Shown here in pieces: positions 19,384 through 30,069 of a stretch of DNA of 64,000 nt. A program made the translations under genes and the position numbers. The stretch lies in the NCBI GenBank assembly GCA_002748425.1, contig PDSJ01000029.1, forward strand, positions 9,066-73,065, given 5' to 3'. The notes beneath the pieces are model-generated. The model was not told where the DNA came from and searched no databases. It worked only from the letters and a program-made list of their open reading frames with translations. The stretch comes from a candidate division KSB3 bacterium. Lineage in GTDB: Bacteria; Moduliflexota; Moduliflexia; Moduliflexales; Moduliflexaceae. The first letter of the stretch is position 1; each line of letters begins with the position of its first letter.

Positions 19384-20151
19384 ATGCCTTCATTTATTCA
19401 TCGTTCACATCGTTTATGTTACCGCGAAGAGGGCAAAGGGCCTTTATTGTTGCTGCTTCCGGGAAACACGGCTTCATCTGCCTGCTATGACGGAGAATTG
19501 AATTATTTCAGCAGCTATTTCCGCACGGTATCTCTGGATTTCTGGGGAACCGGTCAATCAGATCGGATCGAGGGTGCGTGGCCGGAAGACTGGTGGGAAA
19601 TCGGGGCGCAAGATGCGGCAGCCCTCATAAAACATTTGGGAGAAAAAAACGCGCTGGTACTGGGGACAAGCGGTGGAGCCATCACGGCGTTGCTCATGGC
19701 GATGTTGTTCCCGCAGCACGTACAGGCAGTCGTGGCAGATAGCTGTATCCAGCGTTATCCGGCGGCTTTGCTGCGCATGGTCGTGGCGGAACGCCGACAA
19801 CGCAGCGAAAAACAGATCGCCTTCTGGAAAATCGCCCACGGCAGCGATTGGGAACGCGTGATAGAAGCTGACAGCGAATGCCTGCAACGGCTCTCAATGC
19901 AGGGAGACCTGGACTGGACGCAAGGACGACTCAGAAATATTCGCTGTCCCGTACTTTTGACCGCAAGTTTATTAGACCGCAGCCTGCCCGACGTGGGGCG
20001 CAAGATCTGCGGTATGGCCGAACAAATCCCTGAAAGCCGTGTCCTGCTGATAAATGGTGGCGACCATCCTCTTATGTGGAGCCGGCGGGAAGATTTTTTT
20101 CATGTCTGTATCTATTTCCTCAAAGAAGCCCTCAAAAAATCTCGTGAATGA
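19384..20151 (+). CDS. Alpha/beta-fold hydrolase
   Basis: Oxyanion-hole region LLLLPGN and nucleophile elbow GTSGG. The length and layout fit the AB_hydrolase_1 family. Confidence 0.75.
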   Translation: MPSFIHRSHRLCYREEGKGPLLLLLPGNTASSACYDGELNYFSSYFRTVSLDFWGTGQSDRIEGAWPEDWWEIGAQDAAALIKHLGEKNALVLGTSGGAITALLMAMLFPQHVQAVVADSCIQRYPAALLRMVVAERRQRSEKQIAFWKIAHGSDWERVIEADSECLQRLSMQGDLDWTQGRLRNIRCPVLLTASLLDRSLPDVGRKICGMAEQIPESRVLLINGGDHPLMWSRREDFFHVCIYFLKEALKKSRE

Positions 20152-20220
20152 CTCGTTCGCGATAACGCGCGTTCAATGGCCAGATGACTCATTATGAACT
20201 GACATCTCAAGGATAAGAAC

Positions 20221-21057
20221 ATGACTGCCCACAAAGCACGACTTGCATTTTTGGTGATCGATCCACAAAACTCATTTTGCCATCCGAGCGACGGTGAACT
20301 TTTCGTTCCAGGAGCGGATAAGGATGCAGTTCGGCTCGCACAACTGATCGAGAAACTGCTCTATGAGATCGATGCAATTCACGTCACCCTTGACACCCAT
20401 CACGAACTCGATGTGGCTCATCCGATCTTTTGGGTAAACGACAAAGGAGAGCATCCGGCGCCCTTCACCTGTATTTCCAGAGAAGACGTGCTGACCGGAG
20501 TCTGGAAACCCTTTCATCCAGAGCTCGCCTGCCCTCCGGACGGCACGCTGCGGGATCGCATGATCAAATACGTCACGGCACTTGAGACCCACGGACGCTA
20601 CCAGCTGACGATCTGGCCGCCCCATTGTCGTATCGGAACCCCGGGGCATAATGTGGTCGAGCCATTACGCAACGCTTTCCGTACATGGGAACTGAGCCGC
20701 TTTACGGCAATCAACTATATCGCCAAAGGCAGTAATATCTATACCGAGCATTACTCCGGAGTTCAGGCGGACGTTCCGGATCCGCAGGATCCATCCACAC
20801 ATTTGAATACGGCCCTCATTCAAGCCCTTGAGAACGCGGATACCATCGTTTTCAGCGGAGAAGCTTCCTCGCACTGTGTTGCCAACACTATCCGAGATAT
20901 TGTGGAGAATGTTGATGAGGATACGGTCGGGAAATGTGTCTTACTGGAAGATGCCATGAGCCCGGTTCCAGGGTTCCAGCAATTTGCCGACGATTTCTTT
21001 CAGGAGATGATCGCCAAAGGCATGCACATTGCCAGAACCACCAATTGTCCTGTGTAA
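20221..21057 (+). CDS. Isochorismatase-family cysteine hydrolase (nicotinamidase-like)
   Basis: LAFLVIDPQNSFC N-terminal motif and candidate catalytic Cys in GEASSHCVANT. Confidence 0.65.
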   Translation: MTAHKARLAFLVIDPQNSFCHPSDGELFVPGADKDAVRLAQLIEKLLYEIDAIHVTLDTHHELDVAHPIFWVNDKGEHPAPFTCISREDVLTGVWKPFHPELACPPDGTLRDRMIKYVTALETHGRYQLTIWPPHCRIGTPGHNVVEPLRNAFRTWELSRFTAINYIAKGSNIYTEHYSGVQADVPDPQDPSTHLNTALIQALENADTIVFSGEASSHCVANTIRDIVENVDEDTVGKCVLLEDAMSPVPGFQQFADDFFQEMIAKGMHIARTTNCPV

Positions 21058-21188
21058 AAACGCCGACGAACCCTCTGGACGAGGAGACACGTAACATTTT
21101 TAAGGATCGTGAAGAACTCATAATGTCTTCACAAGCTGTCAAATGCTGAAGCGTTGTGTCAATGGAAAAATCAGCAAGGACTGTACGC

Positions 21189-22304
21189 ATGAAAATCGGA
21201 ATCGATGCGCGTAAAATTCGCGATTTCGGCATCGGCAACTATCTCAGACAGTTGCTCATTCGTCTTCCAGATCACGATAACGAATACTGCATTTTCCACT
21301 ATCCTGAAGATGCTGAATGTATCCCGCATGAGAGTCCCAATATCAGTCTTGTCCGGGAGAACTCTCCCAAATATTCCTTGCAGGAACTCTTTGTGCTTCC
21401 TCTAAAAATGGCTGCACAACAACTCGATCTCTTTCATGCTCCTCATTACACCTTGCCTCCCATTCGTCCCTGCAAGGGAATCGTCACAATTCACGACGTG
21501 ATCCACCTGCGTTTTCCCGGGAATTTACCCCATCCCGCAGCCTGTTATTATGCCAGGGGAATCATGTGGGCGGCAGCCAGAAGCGCAAAAAAGGTTTTGA
21601 CCGTATCAGAGTGTTCCAAACAGGATATTATACACTATCTTGGGGTGCCGGAGCAGAAAATTGAAGTGATCTATAACGGTATTACCCCGCGCAGTGAGGC
21701 AATTGAGCGTATCAGAAATCCGGAATCGCGTGAAACGCTGAGACAACAGTTCGGCATTTCCCGCAAGTATCTGTTATTTCTCAGCAATTTTATGCCTCAC
21801 AAAAACTTTGAAACCTTGATCAAAGCCTGCAGCCTGCTCAAACATCGCAGGCAACTCGACGCCTGCCTGGTGCTGGCGGGAAAAAACGATAAGCTCCGCT
21901 CGCAGCTTCAGGCGCTCATCAGCAGCGAGAAGATGACAGAGGATGTCCTCTTAACCGGTTTTGTAGAACCGGAACTGATACCGGCGTTATATGCCAATGC
22001 CGAGCTTTTTGTTTATCCCTCTCTCTATGAAGGCTTCGGATTACAAGCGCTCGAGGCAATGAACTACGACATTCCAGTTGCGATTTCCAACGTCTCAGCC
22101 TTGCCGGAAATCGCCGGAGATGCTGCGATTACCTTTAATCCAGAATCGGTTGAAGACATGGCGGCCGCCATTTTCAAAATCTTGAGCGATCCAGGACTCC
22201 AGGCCGCATTGCTTGAAAAAGGCAGAGCACGTGTGCAGACATTTTCCTGGACAACAGCAGCCGAACGAACACTTGAAGTGTATCAGGCAGCTCTTCAGGG
22301 ATAA
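21189..22304 (+). CDS. Glycosyltransferase family 4 (GT-B, Glycos_transf_1)
   Basis: MKIGIDARKI start and the E..G..LEAM signature (YEGFGLQALEAMNYDIPV). The track ORF starts at GTG 21156. Confidence 0.8.
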   Translation: MKIGIDARKIRDFGIGNYLRQLLIRLPDHDNEYCIFHYPEDAECIPHESPNISLVRENSPKYSLQELFVLPLKMAAQQLDLFHAPHYTLPPIRPCKGIVTIHDVIHLRFPGNLPHPAACYYARGIMWAAARSAKKVLTVSECSKQDIIHYLGVPEQKIEVIYNGITPRSEAIERIRNPESRETLRQQFGISRKYLLFLSNFMPHKNFETLIKACSLLKHRRQLDACLVLAGKNDKLRSQLQALISSEKMTEDVLLTGFVEPELIPALYANAELFVYPSLYEGFGLQALEAMNYDIPVAISNVSALPEIAGDAAITFNPESVEDMAAAIFKILSDPGLQAALLEKGRARVQTFSWTTAAERTLEVYQAALQG

Positions 22305-22343
22305 CTGCAACCCACAAGTGATCCGTGGACAGCTGAATTGAAA

Positions 22344-22370
22344 GGCGGTCCAGAGTGTATCCAGACCGCC
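22344..22370. terminator. Candidate bidirectional hairpin between convergent genes
   Basis: GGCGGTC - 13 nt - GACCGCC (7-bp stem) between the stops at 22304 (+) and 22411 (-). There is no clear U-tract. Confidence 0.3.
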
Positions 22371-22410
22371 CGCCTTGATCAGCAACTTCCCGCTTCACTC
22401 AGTGCAGAGC

Positions 22411-24867
22411 TTAGACTCCCAGCCGATTGCGCCGCAGGATTTCCCCAGTGCTTTGGACCGTGCTCACCCGATGTCCGGGCAGTGGAAGGATACGTTCGTG
22501 GATCATATCGATGATCCATGCCGCCTGCGGAAAAAATATGTCTTCCATCTCAGCGGCCGGAGTGATCCAGTTTCGAGACCCGAGCACAGCCGGCGGTCCG
22601 TCGAGATAATCAAAGGCCAGTTGTGTCAGGTTCGACGCCACATTATGCAGGAAGGAATTCCGTTCACAGGCATTTGAGGTCAGCAGGACTTTCCCGGTCT
22701 TCTTGACCGATTCCACCAGGAGATCGTAGTTCAGAGGATTAATAAAGCGCAAGTCGATCACCTCAGCGCTCAGACCGAATTTCTCCTGCAATTCGTCGGC
22801 AGCCTGAAGAGCAGTATACAGCGCTGCGCCAAGCGTCATAATCGTCAGGTCGCGGCCTTGACGCCGAACAGCCGGCTCACCTTCCGGAATTTCATAATAA
22901 CCTTCCGGGATCCCGGATTTCTCAAAGATCTCGCCGATGCCGTAGAGTTTCTGGCTTTCGAAAAAGACAACCGGATCAGTGCCGCGCAAGGCCAGATTCA
23001 ACATACCTTTTGCATCATACGGTGTAGCCGGGAACATGGCTTTCAAACCGGGGATATGCGCCACGATGCTGGTCCAGTCCTGTGAGTGCTGAGCACCATA
23101 TTTGCTCCCGACCGAGACTCTGATGACCAGCGGCATTTTTAAGATCCCCGCGGACATCGACTGCCATTTTGCGACCTGATTGAAAATTTCATCACCGGCA
23201 CGACCCATAAAGTCACAGTACATCAACTCTACCACTGCACGGCCTCCGCTCAGAGCGTAACCGACACCGGACCCGACAATCGCGCCTTCTGAAATCGGAG
23301 AATTGAACAAACGGTGATACGGCAGTGCTTCGGTCAGTCCGCGATACACGGCAAAGGCTCCGCCCCAGTCGCGGTTCTCCTCACCATAGGCCACCATCGT
23401 AGGATCTTCATAAAAACGATGTAACATTGCTTCAAACAAGGCATCACGATAGCAGACGATTTTATTGGCCGGATACGGTTTCCCCTGCTCATCAAGCCCG
23501 AAGCGCCGACGTTTTGAGAGCGATTTTACACGCGGATTGTCTTCCTTTGGCATGAGCACTTCCGGCTTGCGATCGTCAAACTTCTCGACCGTTTCGTTCG
23601 AGAACATCACGCCTTCGATAAACGGCCCATCAACTCTCGGCGAAGTCTCCAGGGAGATCGCCAGACGCATGGCATTGCTGATTTTTTCGACGACCATTTC
23701 TTGAAACTCTGCAATGGCAGCGTCGGACAGAACATCGTTGTCTTTCAGATACGCTGCGTAATTTTTAATACAATCTTCTTCCTGCCAGAGGGCAAGCTCT
23801 TCTTTTGTACGATAAGAAGATGCATCAGAAGGAGAATGTCCGGAAATGCGATAGGTAATTGTATCCAGCAGCACCGGCCCGCGACCGTCCAGGAGAATCG
23901 CCTTTTTACGTTTGATCGCATCGGCCACTGCCAGCGGATTATAGCCATCGACCCGCTCTGCGTGCATATTTTCCGGGTTGACGCCTGCGCCCACTCTGGC
24001 TAAAATGTTATAGCCCATGGTCTCGCCGGAAGTCTGTCCCCCCATCCCGTAAAAATTGTTGAAGAAATTGAAGAGGATCGGCGGTGCACCGCCGAGCTCT
24101 TTATCCCACAAGCTACGATACTGATCCATTGCTGCCAGCGAGATACCCTCCCAAACCGGGCCACATCCCATTGATGCATCGCCGATATTTCCGATCACGA
24201 TCCCTGCTTTGCGATTAATGCGTTTGTATAACGCTCCGCCGACACAGATGTCGCCGCTGCCGCCGACGATCGCGTTATTCGGCATACTGCCGAAAGGCGG
24301 GAAAAAGGCATGCATCGATCCGCCAAGCCCTTTGTTAAATCCGGTTTCGCGGGCGAAAATTTCCGCAAGCGTCCCATAAATGACATAATCAACCGCCAGG
24401 TCTTTGACTGAGCTGTGACGTCCCTGTTCAACCACCTTCAGGCACGCGCCCCCCATAAAGTCCTGCATAATCTTCATCAAGGACTCATCATCCATTGTAT
24501 GAATTGCTGAAAAGCACTTTGCCAGAATCTCACCGTGACTCCGGTGGGAACCGAAAATCATATCATCAGAATCCAGCAGCACACACTGTCCGACAACCGC
24601 CGATTCCTGGCCCATAGAAAGATGAGCCGGGCCTTTATGATCATATTCAATGCCCTGATATACTCCCTGAGTTTTAATTGCGTTCAGCATCGACTCAAAC
24701 TCCCGGATCAGCAGCATATCGACATAAATTTGTATCAGGCCGTCCTTTCCAAAAGTCTCAAGCTCTTTTTTGAAATCTGGCGAATATTGATTGACAGGAA
24801 TATCCTGAATTTTCAACTTTTGCGCTTTCCGCACTTCTTTTGGGTCGACAACAAGTGATTTAGGCAT
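22411..24867 (-). CDS. 2-oxoacid dehydrogenase E1 component with fused alpha and beta subunits (TPP-dependent)
   Basis: 818 aa. The alpha part contains GSHRSHG and the TPP-binding motif [12 protein letters not shown]...N. The beta/transketolase-like part contains [12 protein letters not shown] and the C-terminal domain. Confidence 0.85.
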   Translation of the reverse strand: MPKSLVVDPKEVRKAQKLKIQDIPVNQYSPDFKKELETFGKDGLIQIYVDMLLIREFESMLNAIKTQGVYQGIEYDHKGPAHLSMGQESAVVGQCVLLDSDDMIFGSHRSHGEILAKCFSAIHTMDDESLMKIMQDFMGGACLKVVEQGRHSSVKDLAVDYVIYGTLAEIFARETGFNKGLGGSMHAFFPPFGSMPNNAIVGGSGDICVGGALYKRINRKAGIVIGNIGDASMGCGPVWEGISLAAMDQYRSLWDKELGGAPPILFNFFNNFYGMGGQTSGETMGYNILARVGAGVNPENMHAERVDGYNPLAVADAIKRKKAILLDGRGPVLLDTITYRISGHSPSDASSYRTKEELALWQEEDCIKNYAAYLKDNDVLSDAAIAEFQEMVVEKISNAMRLAISLETSPRVDGPFIEGVMFSNETVEKFDDRKPEVLMPKEDNPRVKSLSKRRRFGLDEQGKPYPANKIVCYRDALFEAMLHRFYEDPTMVAYGEENRDWGGAFAVYRGLTEALPYHRLFNSPISEGAIVGSGVGYALSGGRAVVELMYCDFMGRAGDEIFNQVAKWQSMSAGILKMPLVIRVSVGSKYGAQHSQDWTSIVAHIPGLKAMFPATPYDAKGMLNLALRGTDPVVFFESQKLYGIGEIFEKSGIPEGYYEIPEGEPAVRRQGRDLTIMTLGAALYTALQAADELQEKFGLSAEVIDLRFINPLNYDLLVESVKKTGKVLLTSNACERNSFLHNVASNLTQLAFDYLDGPPAVLGSRNWITPAAEMEDIFFPQAAWIIDMIHERILPLPGHRVSTVQSTGEILRRNRLGV

Positions 24868-25000
24868 GTTTTATTGTAAATTTTTGAATTGGGATGGAAG
24901 ATCTCTTTCAAGCAGTCACAAGTAGGTCTTAGATCCCAAATCTCAAATCCAGATATCCTCTTGACGTGTTTTATTCTCAACGCATTGCTTCCACACACGC

Positions 25001-26329
25001 TTATATTTCCCACAAGGCGTCTTTAATACTTTCCGATACCGTTGGATGCGGAAAGATGATTTCCTGAATATCCTGAACCCGCAGTTCAGCTTCAAGCAGA
25101 GCAGCGACGCCGTAAATCATTTCAGAGCATGCGGCTCCAAGGAGATGAACGCCTTTGAGAATATTGGTATCAGCCTCGACAACAACCTTACACAGGCCGG
25201 GAGAGCTTTTCCCGTACTCTGCCAGAAAACGACCGTTGGCCCGCATCTGCACGGTTGCGCTTTTGACGCGAATGCCTTGGGCCTGAGCGTCCTGCTCAGT
25301 CAAACCGCAGCCCGCCACTTCTGGCAGCGTATAGACGACCCAGGGTACTGCCTGGTAACGCATCTGATCGGGACGTCCACAGATCGTATTCACTGCGACC
25401 TCTGCCATACGCGATGCAGAATGCGCCAGCAGTGATTCGCCATTGACATCTCCGACAGCATAAACGCCCGGAACATTGGTCTGCATCTTCTCATTGACTT
25501 TTATGCCGCTCGGTCGAATATCAAGCCCAAGTGCTTCCAGGCCCTGCACGTTCGGGCGACGCCCAACTGACATTAAAATCACGTCAGCTTGCAGGGTTTT
25601 TTCTCTGCCGTCCTGTGACAAGTTCACGCGATCCTTCTCGATCGATTCGACCTTTGCACCAAGATGAAATGACACGTTCGGCAGGGATTTCCGCAAGGTC
25701 TTTGAAAATCGGGCATCCATCATGGGCACGATTTCCTTCATCATTTCAACCACATGTACCTCCACGCCCACATTCGAGAAAAACGACGCGAATTCCATGC
25801 CAATATAGCCGCCGCCGATAATCACAATACGTTCCGGCAGGTCCGCAATCTTGAGAATTTCGCGGTTCGTCATGACATGCGGACTGTCGACGCCCGGAAT
25901 CGGCGGAACTGCTGCAGACGAACCGGTCGCGATAATAAGATCGCGCCCTTGATACCTCTGCCCGGCCACAAGGATCGTCTGGCGATCCAGAAACTCTGCC
26001 TCGCCCGTGATCACCTCAACGGCATTCTTTTTCATCAAAAAGGCAATACCTTTACGAAGAGTCTCGATCACATCGCGTTTCCAAGCCATTGCATCAGGCA
26101 GGCTGAAACGGGCACCATCAAAATATACGCCGAATTTGTCGGCCTCCAGACCGTGTACATACTGTTTCGCAGAATTCAATAACGACTTTGTCGGGATGCA
26201 GCCTTCATTCGTACACACCCCGCCAAGCTCAGCTTTCTCAACCAGCAGAACAGATTTTCCTCGTGCTCCGGCCCGTTCTGCCGCGATATAGCCTCCAGGG
26301 CCGGCTCCAACAACAATAATATCATACAT
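25001..26329 (-). CDS. lpdA: Dihydrolipoyl dehydrogenase (E3)
   Basis: MYDIIVVGAGPGGY FAD motif, redox-active GGVCTNEGCIPTK, NAD motif IIGGGYIGMEF, and C-terminal HPTVSE. Confidence 0.9.
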   Translation of the reverse strand: MYDIIVVGAGPGGYIAAERAGARGKSVLLVEKAELGGVCTNEGCIPTKSLLNSAKQYVHGLEADKFGVYFDGARFSLPDAMAWKRDVIETLRKGIAFLMKKNAVEVITGEAEFLDRQTILVAGQRYQGRDLIIATGSSAAVPPIPGVDSPHVMTNREILKIADLPERIVIIGGGYIGMEFASFFSNVGVEVHVVEMMKEIVPMMDARFSKTLRKSLPNVSFHLGAKVESIEKDRVNLSQDGREKTLQADVILMSVGRRPNVQGLEALGLDIRPSGIKVNEKMQTNVPGVYAVGDVNGESLLAHSASRMAEVAVNTICGRPDQMRYQAVPWVVYTLPEVAGCGLTEQDAQAQGIRVKSATVQMRANGRFLAEYGKSSPGLCKVVVEADTNILKGVHLLGAACSEMIYGVAALLEAELRVQDIQEIIFPHPTVSESIKDALWEI

Positions 26330-26341
26330 AATTCCTTCTCC

Positions 26342-27709
26342 CTAACCGGCCAGCAGCAGATCGAAATCCGCGAGGGCCGTACAGAGTGCCTTCAGGAACC
26401 GTGCTGCCGGTGCGCCGTCCACAGCCCGGTGATCAAAAGTTAATGATAAATTGATATGCGGTCTATACGTGACGTCATCACCGTCCAGAACCGGCTTCGG
26501 TTGAATAGCACATACGCCAAGAATGGCCACTTCAGGCGGATTCAGAACCGGGGTAAAACTTTCGATGCCCAATGCGCCCAGGTTTGTCATCGTAAAGCTT
26601 GCTCCGCTTAAGTCATCAGGCGACACTGCTCCGCTCTTTGCGGCCGCCCCCAGGCGCTTGGCTTCTCCTGACAACGCCTTTAATGCAAGACGGTCTGCAT
26701 TCTTAATAACGGGAACCAGCAAGCCTCGTTCAGAATCCACAGCCATCCCCAGATGAACGTTCGCAAACTCCCGAATTGTCTCTCCCAGAAAATGGGCGTT
26801 CATAAAAGGGAACTGCGGGAGCGTTCTGGCAATGGCGTAGAGCACGAAATCGTTGATCGTGATTCCAGACAGCCCAAGCTCCTCGTTTGACTGTTTGAGA
26901 CGTTTGCGATAGGCCAAAAGCGCAGAAGCATCAGCCGAGGCATTGATGGTCAACTGTGCGGTGCTTTGTAAGGAATCAAGCATACGGGAGGCAATAATTT
27001 TACGGACACCTTTGACTGGAATGTCGGTAACGGCTCCGGAGGAATCCGCAGCGGCTGCCTGAGCGGGGCAAGGATTCGGGGCGCTCTGAAGATCGGCAGT
27101 CATCACGCGACCGCCGATACCAGAGCCGTGTTCTGGGGCTTGCCAGTCTCGATCCAGTAGCACAGCTTTGGCTGCCGGACTAAGTGGAGCCTGATCGCCA
27201 AGCGCCGCCAGCACATCGCGTTCGATAACACGTCCTTCCGGGCCGCTGCCGGTCACACTCGCCGGATCGAGACCTTTGGCTGATGCTACACGGCGGGCAC
27301 GCGGTGAGACTGCCTGCCGTCGGCCTGCCGCAGCGTTCACAGTAGCCGCGTCCGGAATCACTGCTGCAAGGTGTTCAGGCTCACTCACAACAGCTTCTTT
27401 CACTGCGGGGGCCTCCTGAGGAGAAGCGTCAGGATCTTTGGCAGCAGCAAGCATGTCGCTGATATCTTCACCCGAATCGCCGACAATTGCAATCGGACGC
27501 AGTACTGCGACATCCTCGCCTGCAGGATATAACAATTTCAAAATCATTCCACTCTCTTCCGACTCGACTTCAAATGCAGCTTTATCGGTTTCCACTTCGC
27601 ACAGCACGTCCCCAACCTCAACGCGATCGCCTTCCTGCTTGTGCCATTCCAAAATCAAACAGGATTCTACAGTGTTTCCCTGCCTCGGCATCAGTATTTC
27701 TTTTGCCAT
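26342..27709 (-). CDS. Dihydrolipoamide acyltransferase (E2) with lipoyl, subunit-binding and catalytic domains
   Basis: Lipoyl-lysine motif VETDKAAFEVES, PSBD segment SPRARRVASAKGLD, and canonical catalytic DHRAVDG. Confidence 0.9.
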   Translation of the reverse strand: MAKEILMPRQGNTVESCLILEWHKQEGDRVEVGDVLCEVETDKAAFEVESEESGMILKLLYPAGEDVAVLRPIAIVGDSGEDISDMLAAAKDPDASPQEAPAVKEAVVSEPEHLAAVIPDAATVNAAAGRRQAVSPRARRVASAKGLDPASVTGSGPEGRVIERDVLAALGDQAPLSPAAKAVLLDRDWQAPEHGSGIGGRVMTADLQSAPNPCPAQAAAADSSGAVTDIPVKGVRKIIASRMLDSLQSTAQLTINASADASALLAYRKRLKQSNEELGLSGITINDFVLYAIARTLPQFPFMNAHFLGETIREFANVHLGMAVDSERGLLVPVIKNADRLALKALSGEAKRLGAAAKSGAVSPDDLSGASFTMTNLGALGIESFTPVLNPPEVAILGVCAIQPKPVLDGDDVTYRPHINLSLTFDHRAVDGAPAARFLKALCTALADFDLLLAG

Positions 27710-27809
27710 AATTTTTCTCCTTACTTGAATGACTGGCCAGTCGAAACGGTGTATACACTCCGTCCATCCAAAAACATCAGATCATCCCTGATAAAAATTT
27801 GATTATTTC

Positions 27810-27899
27810 TTGAGTACCTTTTGTTATATCTTGGGTATTTTATGCAATAAAAAAATTCATTTCTTTATAAGAATCGCTTTTTTGTTTACATTTTGAGTA
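27810..27899. promoter_or_regulatory. Three phased TTGRGTA boxes in the divergent E2 / DeoR intergenic region (candidate operator)
   Basis: TTGAGTA at 27810, TTGGGTA at 27831 and TTGAGTA at 27893. The spacings are 21 bp and 62 bp, roughly 2 and 6 helical turns, in an AT-rich region. Confidence 0.25.
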
Positions 27900-27997
27900 T
27901 ATTTTTTATTCTATGACACACGGATGACTTCAACACTACGACAAGCGCCTTTTTAATATTGTATAGGCTCCGCTTCACGCGGACGTGGCGAGGTAAT

Positions 27998-28762
27998 ATG
28001 GTGAAACTTCAACGACTTCAACAAATCGAAGAATACGTCAGACGGCGGAATTCCGTCAGCCTCGACGATTTATGCCGGCACTTCGATGTCTCGAAGAATA
28101 CCATTCGACGTGATATGAACGAGCTGGAGGCCCGGAATATTATTAAAAAAGTCTATGGCGGCGTCATCTTCAATCACAAAGAGACGGCTATTCCTTTACA
28201 GCAGCGACAGATTTCCATGAAAGATGAAAAGCTGGCCATGGCAGCAAGGGCCGCCGAATTTGTGAATGACGGCGACATCATTATTCTCGATGCCGGTTCG
28301 ACCACTGTCCATATTATTGAACACTTGCGCCAAACGCAGCAGGTTACGATCATCACGAACAGTGTGCCTGTGGTCAACGCCGCCCTGCCGTATGACAATC
28401 TGCACGTGATCATCACTGGCGGCGACTTGCTGCGTTCGACCAATTCGCTTGTGGGACAGGAAGGCGTTGAGATGCTGCGAAAATTCAATGCACATACGGT
28501 CTTTCTTGCTGCCACGAGTCTCTCGCTGGAAAAAGGCCTGACCAACTCCTTAACCGTCGAGACTGAAATCAAGAAAACAATGATGCAGGTCAGCGAACAA
28601 GTCATTCTCCTTGTGGATCACACGAAATTCGAGACCGTCTCTCTGGTGAAGTTTGCCGATCTGAATCAGGTTGATGCGATCGTCACGGACAAGATGCCCC
28701 CGGAGAGCTATTTTCATTACTGTCACAAGCATGGCAAGGACATCATTGTCTCAGGCACGTGA
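27998..28762 (+). CDS. DeoR/GlpR-family transcriptional regulator
   Basis: N-terminal wHTH (RLQQIEEYVRRRNSVSLDDLCRHFDVSKNTIRRDMNEL) and a C-terminal DeoR sugar-binding domain (IILDAGSTT ... ITNS). Start chosen at MVKLQ; the track ORF starts at 27959. Confidence 0.85.
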   Translation: MVKLQRLQQIEEYVRRRNSVSLDDLCRHFDVSKNTIRRDMNELEARNIIKKVYGGVIFNHKETAIPLQQRQISMKDEKLAMAARAAEFVNDGDIIILDAGSTTVHIIEHLRQTQQVTIITNSVPVVNAALPYDNLHVIITGGDLLRSTNSLVGQEGVEMLRKFNAHTVFLAATSLSLEKGLTNSLTVETEIKKTMMQVSEQVILLVDHTKFETVSLVKFADLNQVDAIVTDKMPPESYFHYCHKHGKDIIVSGT

Positions 28763-28922
28763 GAGCATCAGCCCACATCATACTTATTCCGACGTTTGCA
28801 GATATATTCAGTGCTAAAGTGCTCATCCTGTCTGGATAGTCTTGACAATTCTCCCGGACGTTTCCTGGATGTCACAAGACCGTCCGAAAAATTTCAACTT
28901 TGGCGTGACAGGGAAAATCTAT

Positions 28923-29435
28923 ATGGGACACGAGGAATATACGCGTCAAGCGGCAAAAAAAGCAGCCTGCATGGTCATCACAATCAGTGATACGCGCACT
29001 GATGAGAGCGATACAAGTGGGCGCCTTATTATCAAATTGCTGGAACATAACGGGCATCGGCGTGTAAAAAAACATATTGTTCCAGACGAACCGCAGGACA
29101 TCCGGGCCCTCCTGCAAGATGGAATTGCCTCCGATGAGATTCAGGTGATCCTGTGTCACGGCGGAACCGGCATCTCCGCTCGTGACCGCAGCTATGAAGC
29201 CATTGATGCTGTTTTGGAAAAGCGGCTTACTGGCTTCGGAGAACTCTTCCGCATGCTCAGCTATCAAGAAATCGGACCCACCGCCATGATGAGCCGCGCG
29301 ACAGCAGGAATAAGCGCTGGCACGATTATTTTTTCGATGCCAGGGTCAAAGGCAGCGGTAAAGCTCGCCATGGAAAAACTTATTCTTCCTGAACTCAGCC
29401 ATCTTCTCTGGGAGTTGGGGAAGCATTCAGGATAA
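28923..29435 (+). CDS. moaB: Molybdenum cofactor biosynthesis protein B (MoaB/MogA family)
   Basis: ITISDTRTDESDTSG ... GGTGISARD ... PGSKAA. The start is uncertain (28842 or 28923). Confidence 0.75.
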   Translation: MGHEEYTRQAAKKAACMVITISDTRTDESDTSGRLIIKLLEHNGHRRVKKHIVPDEPQDIRALLQDGIASDEIQVILCHGGTGISARDRSYEAIDAVLEKRLTGFGELFRMLSYQEIGPTAMMSRATAGISAGTIIFSMPGSKAAVKLAMEKLILPELSHLLWELGKHSG

Positions 29436-29449
29436 ATCAACGACACCCT

Positions 29450-29938
29450 ATGCCATCTTTTTTTCTCAATGAGACACTCCATGGCGTCATCGAGCCTGCC
29501 CGGCTCAGTGACATCGATGAAATCGTCAGCCTTGAGCATCGCGCTTTTCTTTACCCCTGGCCGCGAAATCTGCTGTTGGCAGAGCTGGACGGAGAGTCGT
29601 TTTCCCATGTCTATGTTGCCCGCTTGATCCGTGATGACGGTGTGCCACAGAAGATTATCGGGTATAATTTTTTCTGGCTGGTCGCCGATGAAATCCATAT
29701 CTTACACATTGCCGTCGATCCTGAACATCAACATCGCGGACTTGGTAAGCTTCTGCTCGACTTTGCTGCTGATTTCGGACGCAGACACGGAGCCTGCTGT
29801 ATGATCCTCGAAGTCAGGGTTTCCAATGCGAAAGCGCAGGGCCTCTACCGTAAACTCGGATTTCAGCAGATCGGAATCCGTAAAAACTATTATAGTCCCA
29901 ACAACGAAGACGCGTATGCGATGAAAAAGATGTTATAA
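29450..29938 (+). CDS. rimI: Ribosomal-protein-alanine N-acetyltransferase (GNAT)
   Basis: IHILHIAVDPEHQHRGLGKLLL ... LEVRVSNAKAQGLYRKLGFQ ... RKNYY. Confidence 0.8.
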   Translation: MPSFFLNETLHGVIEPARLSDIDEIVSLEHRAFLYPWPRNLLLAELDGESFSHVYVARLIRDDGVPQKIIGYNFFWLVADEIHILHIAVDPEHQHRGLGKLLLDFAADFGRRHGACCMILEVRVSNAKAQGLYRKLGFQQIGIRKNYYSPNNEDAYAMKKML

Positions 29939-30040
29939 TTGAAGCCTGAAGACTTTTCCAAAGAAATTTTCAAGCATGCCCAGTCCGAATTTTTCTTTCA
30001 CGACAATTTTTGGAAACAGCAAGTAATCAGAAATTTTTAC

Positions 30041-30069
30041 TTGACAAAATATACGAATATTCGTATATT
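30041..30069 (+). promoter_or_regulatory. Near-consensus sigma70-type promoter (TTGACA-17-TATATT) overlapped by a perfect 22-bp palindrome (candidate operator)
   Basis: TTGACA at 30041-30046, 17-nt spacer, TATATT at 30064-30069. The palindrome AATATACGAAT|ATTCGTATATT spans 30048-30069, covering the spacer and the -10. Confidence 0.55.
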
